A stretch of DNA of 64,000 nucleotides from Gammaproteobacteria bacterium. Its GTDB lineage: Bacteria; Pseudomonadota; Gammaproteobacteria; Pseudomonadales; Azotimanducaceae. The notes beneath the pieces are model-generated. The model was not told the DNA's origin. It did no database searches and was given only the letters and a program-made list of their open reading frames with translations. The position numbers and the translations under genes are program-made. The stretch covers positions 4,892 to 68,891 of the forward strand of contig JAPPND010000231.1 of NCBI GenBank assembly GCA_028818795.1, read 5' to 3'. This document shows, in pieces, positions 19,025 to 27,703 of the stretch. Positions within the stretch are counted from its first letter, which is position 1. Every line of letters starts with the position of its first letter.

Positions 19025-20130
19025 CGGCTACCTCCGCACCATTAATCGAACACATCTCAGCCGACGAGAGTCAATACGGGATCAAGAGACCATCCCCTGG
19101 CGTGAACTACTACACGCGTTTCATGGGATTAAGCAACCATCTAAACAAGGAAGTCCATCCTAAAGTCAACGCCGGATCCACTGCGGCCGAGACAGTCTGG
19201 CTGACAGACCACGGTCCAGATCACATCGCCACCGTGATCGGCCGAATACATGATCTGGCATTCCAAAGCGGAGCCTATGTCGTTTCACCTTACGAAGCCT
19301 ATATCCTTGCCGTCGCGGCACATATGCACGACATTGGTAACGTATATGGACGCGAAGAGCACGAGCGTCGAGTTCGGGACATCCTATTCGGCCTCGATGA
19401 TACACTAATCGGTGACGACAATATCGAAAAGAGGATGATATGCGACATCGCCATGGCGCACGGGGGCAAGATTGGCTCCGACCCAAACGGAACGCCGGAC
19501 GCCATCGCCATGGATACAATCGGCAGAATGAGCCACGACCGACCAATTCGTAAACTAGCAGCTATTCTCCGACTCGCTGATGAACTGGCGGATGATCGGA
19601 CACGCTCGAACAAACTCGATCTCGAGGTATTGGCGGAGAACAAATCGTACAGAAGGCAGAGCGAGATTCATCATGTGTATGCACAGCGGCTACATCCGCC
19701 TGCCATCGATCACCAGACGCGGACCATTCAACTCACATTTGAATTATTGATGGAGCACGTAGTCGCCAAGTACTACAAGCGTGGCAAAGGGAGGTACCTT
19801 CTCGACGAGATATTCGAGAGGACTCTAAAGACGCACAGGGAACAAATCTACTGTAGCAGATTCATGTCCCCGGACATACTATTGGATCGCGTCGCCGTGG
19901 AAATCCTCGTCTGCACGCCAAAGTACCAAGAAGTCAGGGCACGGCTCGACTACACGCTGGAGCAGGCTTATCCTGTATACATCTGCAAAATCGCGGACGC
20001 TGTCCCCTCACTACATGGCGTATCCGGTCATGGTCTCGCCGGTACCATCGACGAGATCATGGAAGCACGCTACGACGGCTCACCGGTTGACCTGAATCCA
20101 ATTCTCTCGACGGCGGAGTATGAATCGTGA
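19021..20130 (+). CDS. HD-domain metal-dependent phosphohydrolase or nuclease-like protein
   Basis: HGPDHIATV...AAHMHDIGN...DIAMAHGG...RLADELADD gives an H..HD..H..D pattern. The GTG start overlaps the dcm stop (GTGA at 19021-19024). Confidence 0.75.
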   Translation: MTATSAPLIEHISADESQYGIKRPSPGVNYYTRFMGLSNHLNKEVHPKVNAGSTAAETVWLTDHGPDHIATVIGRIHDLAFQSGAYVVSPYEAYILAVAAHMHDIGNVYGREEHERRVRDILFGLDDTLIGDDNIEKRMICDIAMAHGGKIGSDPNGTPDAIAMDTIGRMSHDRPIRKLAAILRLADELADDRTRSNKLDLEVLAENKSYRRQSEIHHVYAQRLHPPAIDHQTRTIQLTFELLMEHVVAKYYKRGKGRYLLDEIFERTLKTHREQIYCSRFMSPDILLDRVAVEILVCTPKYQEVRARLDYTLEQAYPVYICKIADAVPSLHGVSGHGLAGTIDEIMEARYDGSPVDLNPILSTAEYES

Positions 20131-21929
20131 AAAGAAGCGGACTTCCCGACAATCCGTTTAAGGTGTTCACGCCAGAGGATCTGGATGCGAAGGAGATACT
20201 CGATCTTTTTGTGGAGGTCCCATATCTTAACAAAATTCAGGACCCGGGAAACACAATGCTAAACGGGCCTCGCGGTAGCGGTAAGAGCATGCTCTTTCGC
20301 TACCTAATGCCGGATTGTCAGATGGAGGCAAAATCGTTGGCGCTACGTGAACTCCCTTTCTTTGGTGTTCTAGTCTCCATTCGGAATACGGCCCCCAACC
20401 TCACCGAATTGCGACGGCTACCCGACCAATCTACAAGGGCTATCCTAAATGAGCACGCGCTGTCGTGCTTTGTTGCCTCCCGTTTTCTGCAGGCCCTGTT
20501 GGACTCATTGCCTGATCGCCCGCAGCCATCGTGGTCGGCCGCCTTGGCTAGCTACTACGACTACCTTGAATCCCTATTGGTACGATCCGGTCGACCGGCG
20601 ATTGGGCACGACGGGTTGGACGTTGCATCGCCCCAAGCCCTTCTGCAAGGCTGCCGAGACTTGTGTGAAGACTCTTATGCAGATGTAAATCACTATGCAA
20701 AGAGGATCTCCTTTGCCACATCCCTCCCGCCATACGATGGCGTTCTCTGTGACTACATGACTTTCCTTTGCCCACTTCTCGTTGAAGCTAGGAAACTTCC
20801 GTTCCTGCCCAACGAAGCGCCAATATACCTTCTGCTGGACGATGCCGACCATTTGAACAAGGACCAAACAATGGTCCTCAACTCCTGGCTTACCGCACGA
20901 ACTCAGGGAATGGTCAGTATCAAGATATCTACCCAACAGAACTACAAGACGTTGGCCACAGTGAGTGGGCACCTAGTTCGTTCGCCGCATGACTACCAAG
21001 AGATCAACATGTCGGATTTGTATACGACCAAACGCGGCCTCTATGAACGGAGCGTTAGGGAGATAGTTGATAGGAGGCTACGCCGAGCCAAAATCGCGTC
21101 TACAGGCGACGCGTTCTTTCCTCCCGATAGAGACCAAGAGCTTGAAATCACACAGATCGCAGAGGACCTTCGCAAAGCATGGAAGGATAGCGGAAGAGGT
21201 AATCGCCCGTCGGACGACGCCCTGCGATATGCCCGCCCAGAGTACATTCGGCGCCTCGGCGGTCCTTCTAAGTCACGCCACACCTATTTCTATGCAGGTC
21301 TCGATCAGCTCATTCACCTATCATCCGGGCAAGTACGGTACCTCTTGCAGCCCGCAGCTGAAATGTACGACGAGCAAGTCGGGCAACTGGCCGATAGTCC
21401 GATACGGGAGATCAGTCCGGGCATTCAGAATCGTGTCGTTAGGCAGGAGGCTGATAGATTGATGTTCTCGGAACTAGAGAATCTCGCAGTCAGTCCCACT
21501 GATGTCGATATTCCGTTCGACGAATACCGAGACCGCGTGGCGAAGCTGCGCAACTTGCTTGCGTTTCTTGGCGGGTTTTTCTTTCTCAAACTGGTCTCTG
21601 ACGATGCTGAAAGACGTGTCTTTTCAGTGGCCGTCTCGGGGGATCCGGACCTAGACGTGTTTGACGTCTTCGAATTCGGGGTCGTATTGGGTTACTTTCA
21701 TCGATCATCGATCGGCAATAAGGACGGAACCGGTAGAACCAGATTGTATGTGCTCACGAGGCGCTTAGCACCTCACTTCAACCTAGACCCTTCCTCCTTT
21801 AGCGGATACCAGTTCGTGACAAATGAAACACTGAGGAGCGCTATGGTTAATCCCGCTCGTACGGTGAGGGCGGTCCGGTCGAGGGTCAAACCTCGGCCTC
21901 TAGATGAGGGACAGATGGAGCTCTTTTGA
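20127..21929 (+). CDS. ORC/Cdc6-like P-loop NTPase (600 aa)
   Basis: Walker A is NGPRGSGKSMLFRYL and Walker B is IYLLLDDADHL. The GTG start overlaps the HD gene stop (GTGA at 20127-20130), with a GGAG-like SD 7 nt upstream. Confidence 0.75.
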   Translation: MKRSGLPDNPFKVFTPEDLDAKEILDLFVEVPYLNKIQDPGNTMLNGPRGSGKSMLFRYLMPDCQMEAKSLALRELPFFGVLVSIRNTAPNLTELRRLPDQSTRAILNEHALSCFVASRFLQALLDSLPDRPQPSWSAALASYYDYLESLLVRSGRPAIGHDGLDVASPQALLQGCRDLCEDSYADVNHYAKRISFATSLPPYDGVLCDYMTFLCPLLVEARKLPFLPNEAPIYLLLDDADHLNKDQTMVLNSWLTARTQGMVSIKISTQQNYKTLATVSGHLVRSPHDYQEINMSDLYTTKRGLYERSVREIVDRRLRRAKIASTGDAFFPPDRDQELEITQIAEDLRKAWKDSGRGNRPSDDALRYARPEYIRRLGGPSKSRHTYFYAGLDQLIHLSSGQVRYLLQPAAEMYDEQVGQLADSPIREISPGIQNRVVRQEADRLMFSELENLAVSPTDVDIPFDEYRDRVAKLRNLLAFLGGFFFLKLVSDDAERRVFSVAVSGDPDLDVFDVFEFGVVLGYFHRSSIGNKDGTGRTRLYVLTRRLAPHFNLDPSSFSGYQFVTNETLRSAMVNPARTVRAVRSRVKPRPLDEGQMELF

Positions 21930-22927
21930 GCATGGAAAAAGTCGATGTACTTCACGTCGACGAGTTGTCCTCTCGACAACTCGGTCAATTCGATGCGTTC
22001 GTGTGCTCAGCCAGCTACGAACGCAGATGTTTGTCTGTTCCGTGTGCACTACGAGAGGGGGAGGTACCGCTCGGCAGGACACTGGTTGTCTTCAATGGCA
22101 ACTATGAGGATGTCGTTCGCCTCAACCTCGATACGCTTCGGTCGCTATTCGTAGGCACATCGGACTGCACGATTGATACTGGTGACCCGGTGGCCACGGC
22201 GATCCACCTGCATCGAGAAATCAACGAGATCTGTACGCATGTCGGCACCCCGAGGCGTATTGGTGTTGATATAACTACGTTTACACGCGAGTCGCTCTTG
22301 ATAATGTTGAGTTGTTTGTGGCAGGTTCTTGAGCAGTCGGACGAAGTTGTTCTCTTCTATTGTAGGGCTCTCGAATACGACTCCCGGCATGAGGGAAGCG
22401 CAAAATGGCTTTCCCGGGGAATAAGGGAGGTCCGCTCAGTCATAGGATATCCAGGTAATCTCCGCCCTTCACGTCGTTCTCATCTGGTCGTTCTCGCAGG
22501 ATTCGAAGACGACCGGGCGCTCCGGCTAATTGCTGAGGTGGAACCAGCGGTCGTTTCCGTGGGTATTCCGGACGAAGCTGGTGGTCATGCTGCCGACCAC
22601 AGTGCAACTGCCGATTTGAAGATGCGTTCTATCAGGCGTGTCGTTGGCGACGTGAGGGAGTTCCGGTTCAATGCATACGACCCGTATGGGTGCTTTCGGT
22701 CAGTTGGACGGGAGGTTAAGAGAACCAGCGGGATGAATACGATTCTCGCTCCAATGAACACGAAGATCTCCACAGTCAGTGCAGGCATGTTTGCTATGGT
22801 CGAACCCGACGTGCAACTCTGCTATGCCCAAGCTGAGCTTTACAATTTGGACGCATATTCGGAGCCCGGAAAGGACGTCTACGTCTTTTGCCTACCGCTG
22901 CACGAAGGTGTGATTTCGGGGCTGTAG
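21926..22927 (+). CDS. Unknown protein with alternating beta/alpha (Rossmann-like) pattern; possible CARF-like ligand-sensing domain
   Basis: 333 aa. TTG 21926 overlaps the ATPase stop (TTGA); ATG 21932 is the alternative start. It has an FVCSAS strand end and DITTFTR (residues 115-121, nt 22268-22288). Low GC, coherent with the operon. Confidence 0.6.
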   Translation: MSMEKVDVLHVDELSSRQLGQFDAFVCSASYERRCLSVPCALREGEVPLGRTLVVFNGNYEDVVRLNLDTLRSLFVGTSDCTIDTGDPVATAIHLHREINEICTHVGTPRRIGVDITTFTRESLLIMLSCLWQVLEQSDEVVLFYCRALEYDSRHEGSAKWLSRGIREVRSVIGYPGNLRPSRRSHLVVLAGFEDDRALRLIAEVEPAVVSVGIPDEAGGHAADHSATADLKMRSIRRVVGDVREFRFNAYDPYGCFRSVGREVKRTSGMNTILAPMNTKISTVSAGMFAMVEPDVQLCYAQAELYNLDAYSEPGKDVYVFCLPLHEGVISGL

Positions 22928-23993
22928 CACCCGTACACGTCGAGGTCCGGCCTTTCGCAATTCCTGTGCGTTGCGACTTGATTGTTGTTCGCGGCAATGA
23001 CCCGTTTGCACAGTGCTTGCGCCGAGTCCTTCTCTTGCACGTCCGTCGGTCCGGGGTTTGACTTCCTCGCGCAACCCGCAAAAGGGGCGCAACCAAACTG
23101 GGTTATTCGCCTTCCCCGCATCAGCTACGCTCCAATCGTCAATGTCGGCCTGCGGTTTCGGCAGGTCATGTCTGGTCTTCACGGTCTGGCCACCACATTG
23201 AAGTCGGAAGTACATCAACGCGTTCAGAATGCTCGCGAGATCTGGTTCTCCAAGTGCGTCTCGCGCTCTGTTTTGTGCACGTCAGCAAGTCCGCTCTCAT
23301 GTGAGCATCTCTCTACTCCCGAGAACACTAACTCTACGGGATACCTACGGAGTGTCGAACTTGCGGATCGCAAAGAGGATCAGGCTGCTTCCGGGAACAG
23401 GCATGCCATCCACGCCGTCTACTTGGATGTCTCGACTGGGTCCTTCCAAGTAAGCAGTCTGATTCGCATACGCACAACATAGACAATCAGGCTGATCCGA
23501 ACGACGGCCAAGAAGGGATGACCTCGGTCACGAGCCTGCTTTAGGTACTGTAGGGCGACTACGGCACGGCGACGATAAAAAACCAGCGGGCCCCGGTCGT
23601 TCCGTTGCGGACGTCGTGCAATTGGGGCGGCAGTGGCCCGCAGGGGCGTCAGGGCAGGCCGGGGCCGTTTCAGGGCTGCGCCGGACGGCCCTCGTCGATT
23701 CGGTTGTCGGCGGGTGTCCGTCTTGCCGTTCAGTCGACGCGTCGGCGTGCGCCGGGCAGGCGTGGTTGTGCTCCATAAATGGCCGTATGCCTAGGCCTGA
23801 CGGCGGAAGGGGACACTGCGGACCCGACGACGTAACTCGTGCGTTGGAGACGTAACGTAGGTGGCACGGTTACCCTTGCCGCCCAGACCGGCATCGGTCC
23901 TCGTCTACGCTTGAATGCACGGTGATTCACCTTGCCGGACGTTGATCCTACGGTGCTAGAATCGAGAACCCCCCGAAGCCGAGGAACCGAATA

Positions 23994-25316
23994 ATGGGAC
24001 AACCCAACTGGCAGAACCGAACGCTGTTCCATGGCGACAATCTCGATTTCCTCCGCGCTATGAACTCGGAGTCGGTTGATCTGATCGCGACCGATCCACC
24101 GTTTAACAGGGGGCGCGATTTTCACGCGACTCCAGACAGCCTGGCCTCCGGCGCGAAATTCTAAGACAGATGGTCGTGGGAACAAGATGTTCACCAAGAA
24201 TGGGTGGACCAGATAACCGACGACTTCCCGAAGCTCATGGAAGCCATCGAAAGTGCTCGCTATGCTCATTCGGATGGAATGGGCGCGTTCATGTGCTTCA
24301 TGGCTGTTCGGCTGTTGGCCATGCATCGTGTGCTGAAACCCACTGGCAGCATTTATCTGCATTGTGACCCAACAGCCAGCCATTATCTAAAAGCGGTAAT
24401 GGACGCAGTGTTCGGGTGGAAGAACTTTAGAAACGAAATAGCGTGGTGCTATCGAGGAGGAGGTGTGCCACGAGACGGCTTCGGCAAAAAGCACGACCTG
24501 ATTTTTCGATACTCAAAGGGTAAGGCTGCCACCTTTAACGTTGATGCTGTTCGCATACCCTACTCGGAGGATTCGGCACAGCGCCTCAAATACAAGGCAA
24601 AAGCATTCACGTCGTCTGGCACATATGACAACTACGAACAGAATCCGAAGGGCAAGCACCCCGAGGATTGGTGGATAATGCAGCCCATAATGCCATCTGC
24701 CAAGGAACGCCTCGGGTACCCTACTCAGAAACCTCTCTCCCTATACGAGCGCATCGTCAAGGCATCTTCCAACGAAGGCGACGTCGTCCTCGATCCGTTC
24801 TGCGGATGCGCTACGACGCTCGTGGCCGCCGAACGGTTGAAGCGCCGATGGGTCGGGGTGGACATTTGGGAGAAGGCGCATGAAACGGTCATCAGACGTC
24901 TTCAACGGGAAGGACTCGAAGGACCCCGGGGAAGCGTCGGGGAAGCGCTGCCGTTCTACGGGAAAATACACTACGCTAAGGAGCCACCCGAAAGAACAGA
25001 CGACGGCGAGACGGCGGCTCCGTTCCTGCGCGTCAAGGAGAGGGTAAAGGAACCGGAGGGACCGAAATGGAGTCGTCAAGACATGTACGACCATCTCCTG
25101 AATCAGAACGGAATGAAGTGCCAAGGGTGTGATCGGGATTTCGATGATCCCAGATACTTGGAACTGGATCACAACACGCCCAGGGCTGACGGAGGAATCA
25201 ACCATATCTCCAATCGAATACTCCTATGTTCGCCCTGCAACCGGGCGAAAAGCAACGTCTTCACCCTGAGCGGATTGCGGCGTCACAACAAGAAAATGGG
25301 ATGGATGGCGAAATAG
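23994..25316 (+). pseudogene. Beta-class N4/N6 DNA methyltransferase fused to a C-terminal HNH nuclease, interrupted by an in-frame TAA (codon 57, nt 24162-24164)
   Basis: ATG 23994 gives ...DLIATDPPFN...ASGAKF-TAA-DRWSWEQD... in one frame. Downstream lie PTQKP, VLDPFCGCATT (AdoMet motif I) and the HNH region ELDHNTPRADGGINHISNRILLCSPCNRAKS. Confidence 0.7.
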
Positions 25317-25513
25317 CTAGAGACTCACTTGCAACGGGCGCTGGGATGCGTGTTCGAAACCCAGGGCGCCCAGAGTACTGCTCATCGGGTACTTCGCCAA
25401 GGCCTTCGTGGTCGCTGGCATCGGCAATGCCGCCGAGGTCCTGCCCTATGAATGCTCATCGTGCGCAACGCAATCGGACGAGGTCTGGCTGGACCGTAGT
25501 CGCCGGCCAAGCG

Positions 25514-25987
25514 ATGAACGTCGCCGTCAGTAGCCGACTAGCTCGCATGACCGGTCTGGTCACGCTCCTGGTTCTTGCCGGATGCGCTGCCGAACCGAAT
25601 CGCCACGAGACAGACCTGTCGTTCCAATTGGCGATGGAAGTCTCGATCACTGACTCCTGCGGCAAGCTGGCCGGATTCTTCGGGCTGGCCGAATTGTTCG
25701 ACGAACTTTTCCCGGAGCAACCCTTGGCGATCGACAACGACAGCGAGCAGGGCCTAGCCAAGCTACGGGCCGAATTCGAGAACCGCTGCCCCGACAACGC
25801 CAAACCGGACCTCGAAAACCTGGAGGCGGCCATCAACATACCCACCGTCGCCTGCGCGGAACTCCGCAGCCTGATAGCCATGGCCGATGCGTTCGGCATG
25901 GTGCCAGCGTCGGGACAACGGCAACAGGCGATCATGGCCGAACTGATGGCCTGCCTCGAAGACGAACTGGACCGGCGTTGCGACTGA
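25514..25987 (+). CDS. Putative lipoprotein
   Basis: Signal peptide with lipobox LVLAGC (MNVAVSSRLARMTGLVTLLVLAGCAAEP). 157 aa. Confidence 0.6.
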   Translation: MNVAVSSRLARMTGLVTLLVLAGCAAEPNRHETDLSFQLAMEVSITDSCGKLAGFFGLAELFDELFPEQPLAIDNDSEQGLAKLRAEFENRCPDNAKPDLENLEAAINIPTVACAELRSLIAMADAFGMVPASGQRQQAIMAELMACLEDELDRRCD

Positions 25988-26093
25988 ACCGATACGGCCA
26001 CACCGCAGCGCCACTACCGCCCCATCAAGCTCTGGCGAACCTGCTATTCTCGACGCCCGGCTACCGGGAAGATCCTGCGACAAGGAGGAATCC

Positions 26094-27542
26094 ATGATCC
26101 GCTCAACTCGGTGTAACGCAACGCATCTGAGTCGGCTACTGCCAACGGTTGTTGTCGCCCTCGCCGGGACCACCGCCCTCGCGGCCGAGCCCGACTGGCG
26201 ACTCGTCGAGGCGTACCTCGACCTCGACACGGCTTGGCACGAATTGGACCGAGAGATCGCAATGGCCGACATCGGGAGTGACGAGAAGGAGCGGCGGCGC
26301 GAGGAAGAACGGGGCGAACATCCCGACATCGTCCTCGCCGTGGGTGCCGCCCGGGCGATCATAGAGTCCGATGGCAAACGCGCCGTCGAGGCGGCGCAGT
26401 TCCTTATGGAGCATACGCCCGGCCTGTCGCCGACGGCCGATGCCGACATCGAGTTCGGCACGCTCGCGCTGGCGGAACGGGTCGGGCCGGACTGGTCTCT
26501 CGTCGACGATTTCAGGAGCCCGAAAGAGGGGTTCCTCGCCCGCCTGTTCGCCGGCGATCCCTCGGGAACCAAGGCGCTCGCCGCCGCTAGGGCGATCATC
26601 GACCTCGGCGGAACCCACGAGCGGACGGTCGACGCCGCCGAGTTTCTCGTCGAGCGCGGCGCCGGGATTCGTGGCGGCAGTCCGGACAACGTCCTCGTAG
26701 GAATTCGGACTCTGGCATCGCACGTACCCGACTACGACGACTGGCCGCGCATGCTCATGCATGTGGGCAGGGCGCGCGGGGACTCGGAGGAGATCGACGA
26801 GTTTCTGAACGGTAGGGCGGCCGAGGGCAACGACCCCTTGGTCCGCGCCACGGCCCGGTACTACGCCGCGTCCCGTCTGGCCCGGTCCATCAACACCGCG
26901 CCGGATGACGAGCGGGACGCCGTCCGCGAACGTGCGCTGAATCTCGCCGGCGGCTTGAGCGTCGGCGTGGAAGACGAGGAGTTCGTCGCCAAGGGACGCG
27001 ATGCCGAGGGCAATCCCACCACCCAGACCGTGGCCGATGCCGAACGGGACATCCTCGCCACGATCCGCTACGCCACCGTGGGCGGCACCGTTTCCGAATT
27101 CGCGGGAAACCGGCTCGACGGCGTCGAAGAGGGAATCGCCGACTTCGGCGGGCAAGTCGTTCTCGTGGACTTCTGGGCGACCTGGTGCGGTCCGTGCATC
27201 GCCGGGCTACCCAAGCTGCGCGATCTCGCCACCGAACTTCCGGCCGAACGGTTCGAGATCCTCAGCATCAGCATCGACGCGGAACTGCAGTCGGTCCTCG
27301 ACTTCCAGGAGGATGAGCCGATGCCGTGGGCCCAATGGCATATCGGAGTCCGCAGCGAGCTGGCCAAGATCTGGCAGGTCAACGCGATTCCCGCGTACGT
27401 GCTGATCGACGGCCAAGACAAGATCCTCGCCAAGGGCAATGCGCTGACCGAAGACTTCCCCGCGCGCCTGCGCGAAGCGGTGGCCGTTGCCGAGCAAGAG
27501 GATCCGACGGGCACCGCCGAAGATCCTGCGGTCGAAGCGTAG
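26094..27542 (+). CDS. Secreted TlpA/ResA-like thiol:disulfide oxidoreductase with a long N-terminal domain
   Basis: N-terminal signal-like segment. The C-terminal thioredoxin fold carries VLVDFWATWCGPC. Confidence 0.8.
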   Translation: MIRSTRCNATHLSRLLPTVVVALAGTTALAAEPDWRLVEAYLDLDTAWHELDREIAMADIGSDEKERRREEERGEHPDIVLAVGAARAIIESDGKRAVEAAQFLMEHTPGLSPTADADIEFGTLALAERVGPDWSLVDDFRSPKEGFLARLFAGDPSGTKALAAARAIIDLGGTHERTVDAAEFLVERGAGIRGGSPDNVLVGIRTLASHVPDYDDWPRMLMHVGRARGDSEEIDEFLNGRAAEGNDPLVRATARYYAASRLARSINTAPDDERDAVRERALNLAGGLSVGVEDEEFVAKGRDAEGNPTTQTVADAERDILATIRYATVGGTVSEFAGNRLDGVEEGIADFGGQVVLVDFWATWCGPCIAGLPKLRDLATELPAERFEILSISIDAELQSVLDFQEDEPMPWAQWHIGVRSELAKIWQVNAIPAYVLIDGQDKILAKGNALTEDFPARLREAVAVAEQEDPTGTAEDPAVEA

Positions 27543-27690
27543 GGGACGGACCCAGGAGTGCGCGCCACAGAAACGGCACGAAGTGCCGTTTCATGGCGCG
27601 GAGTCCTGGGGCGGTGGGGGCTGGGGCCAGACGGCGAGTGCGCGCCCTGGCGGGCGCGTTGGGGTCGCCCCTACGGCACCACGACCGTTG
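27539..27690. repeat. REP/BIME-like intergenic element bracketed by inverted GTAGGGG(A)CG motifs
   Basis: gtaggggacgg at 27539-27549 and cgcccctac at 27666-27674 are in inverted orientation. Internal GC hairpins are present (gcgcgccctggcgggcgcg). Confidence 0.4.
27570..27592 (+). terminator. Hairpin after the TlpA-like gene (10-bp perfect stem, 3-nt loop)
   Basis: gaaacggcac-gaa-gtgccgtttc, 28 nt after the stop codon. There is no strong U-tract. Confidence 0.45.
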
Positions 27691-27703
27691 CGGGGGTCAT
27701 TCC

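Larger units (their letters stand above)
17948..25400. mobile_element. Low-GC genomic island (putative defence island) appended to the 3' end of the nuo operon
   Basis: Hand-counted 60-nt lines inside give about 40-50% GC (for example lines 19621, 20221, 22261). A backbone line such as 13261 gives 62%. Content is two methyltransferases plus HD, ATPase and HNH modules. No integrase, tRNA or flanking direct repeats were seen. Confidence 0.6.

Noticed and set aside
22982-23482. A 166-aa ORF in the gap after the four-gene operon.
   Set aside because: Its composition is Cys/Ser-rich and not protein-like. It has no SD or motif, and the opposite strand shows fragments of a possibly decayed gene. 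I treated it as non-coding and reported the region as a finding instead.
23862-23879. A sigma-54-like TGGCAC...TTGC upstream of the methyltransferase-HNH gene. An NtrC-type activator is encoded in the window.
   Set aside because: The GG-to-GC spacing is 15 nt instead of the canonical 12. Other TGGCAC hits, for example 31768, are inside coding regions.
25226-25513. The upstream 96 codons of ORF 25226-25987, overlapping the end of the methyltransferase-HNH gene.
   Set aside because: The composition is not protein-like. A clean signal peptide with a lipobox starts at ATG 25514, so the extension was discarded.
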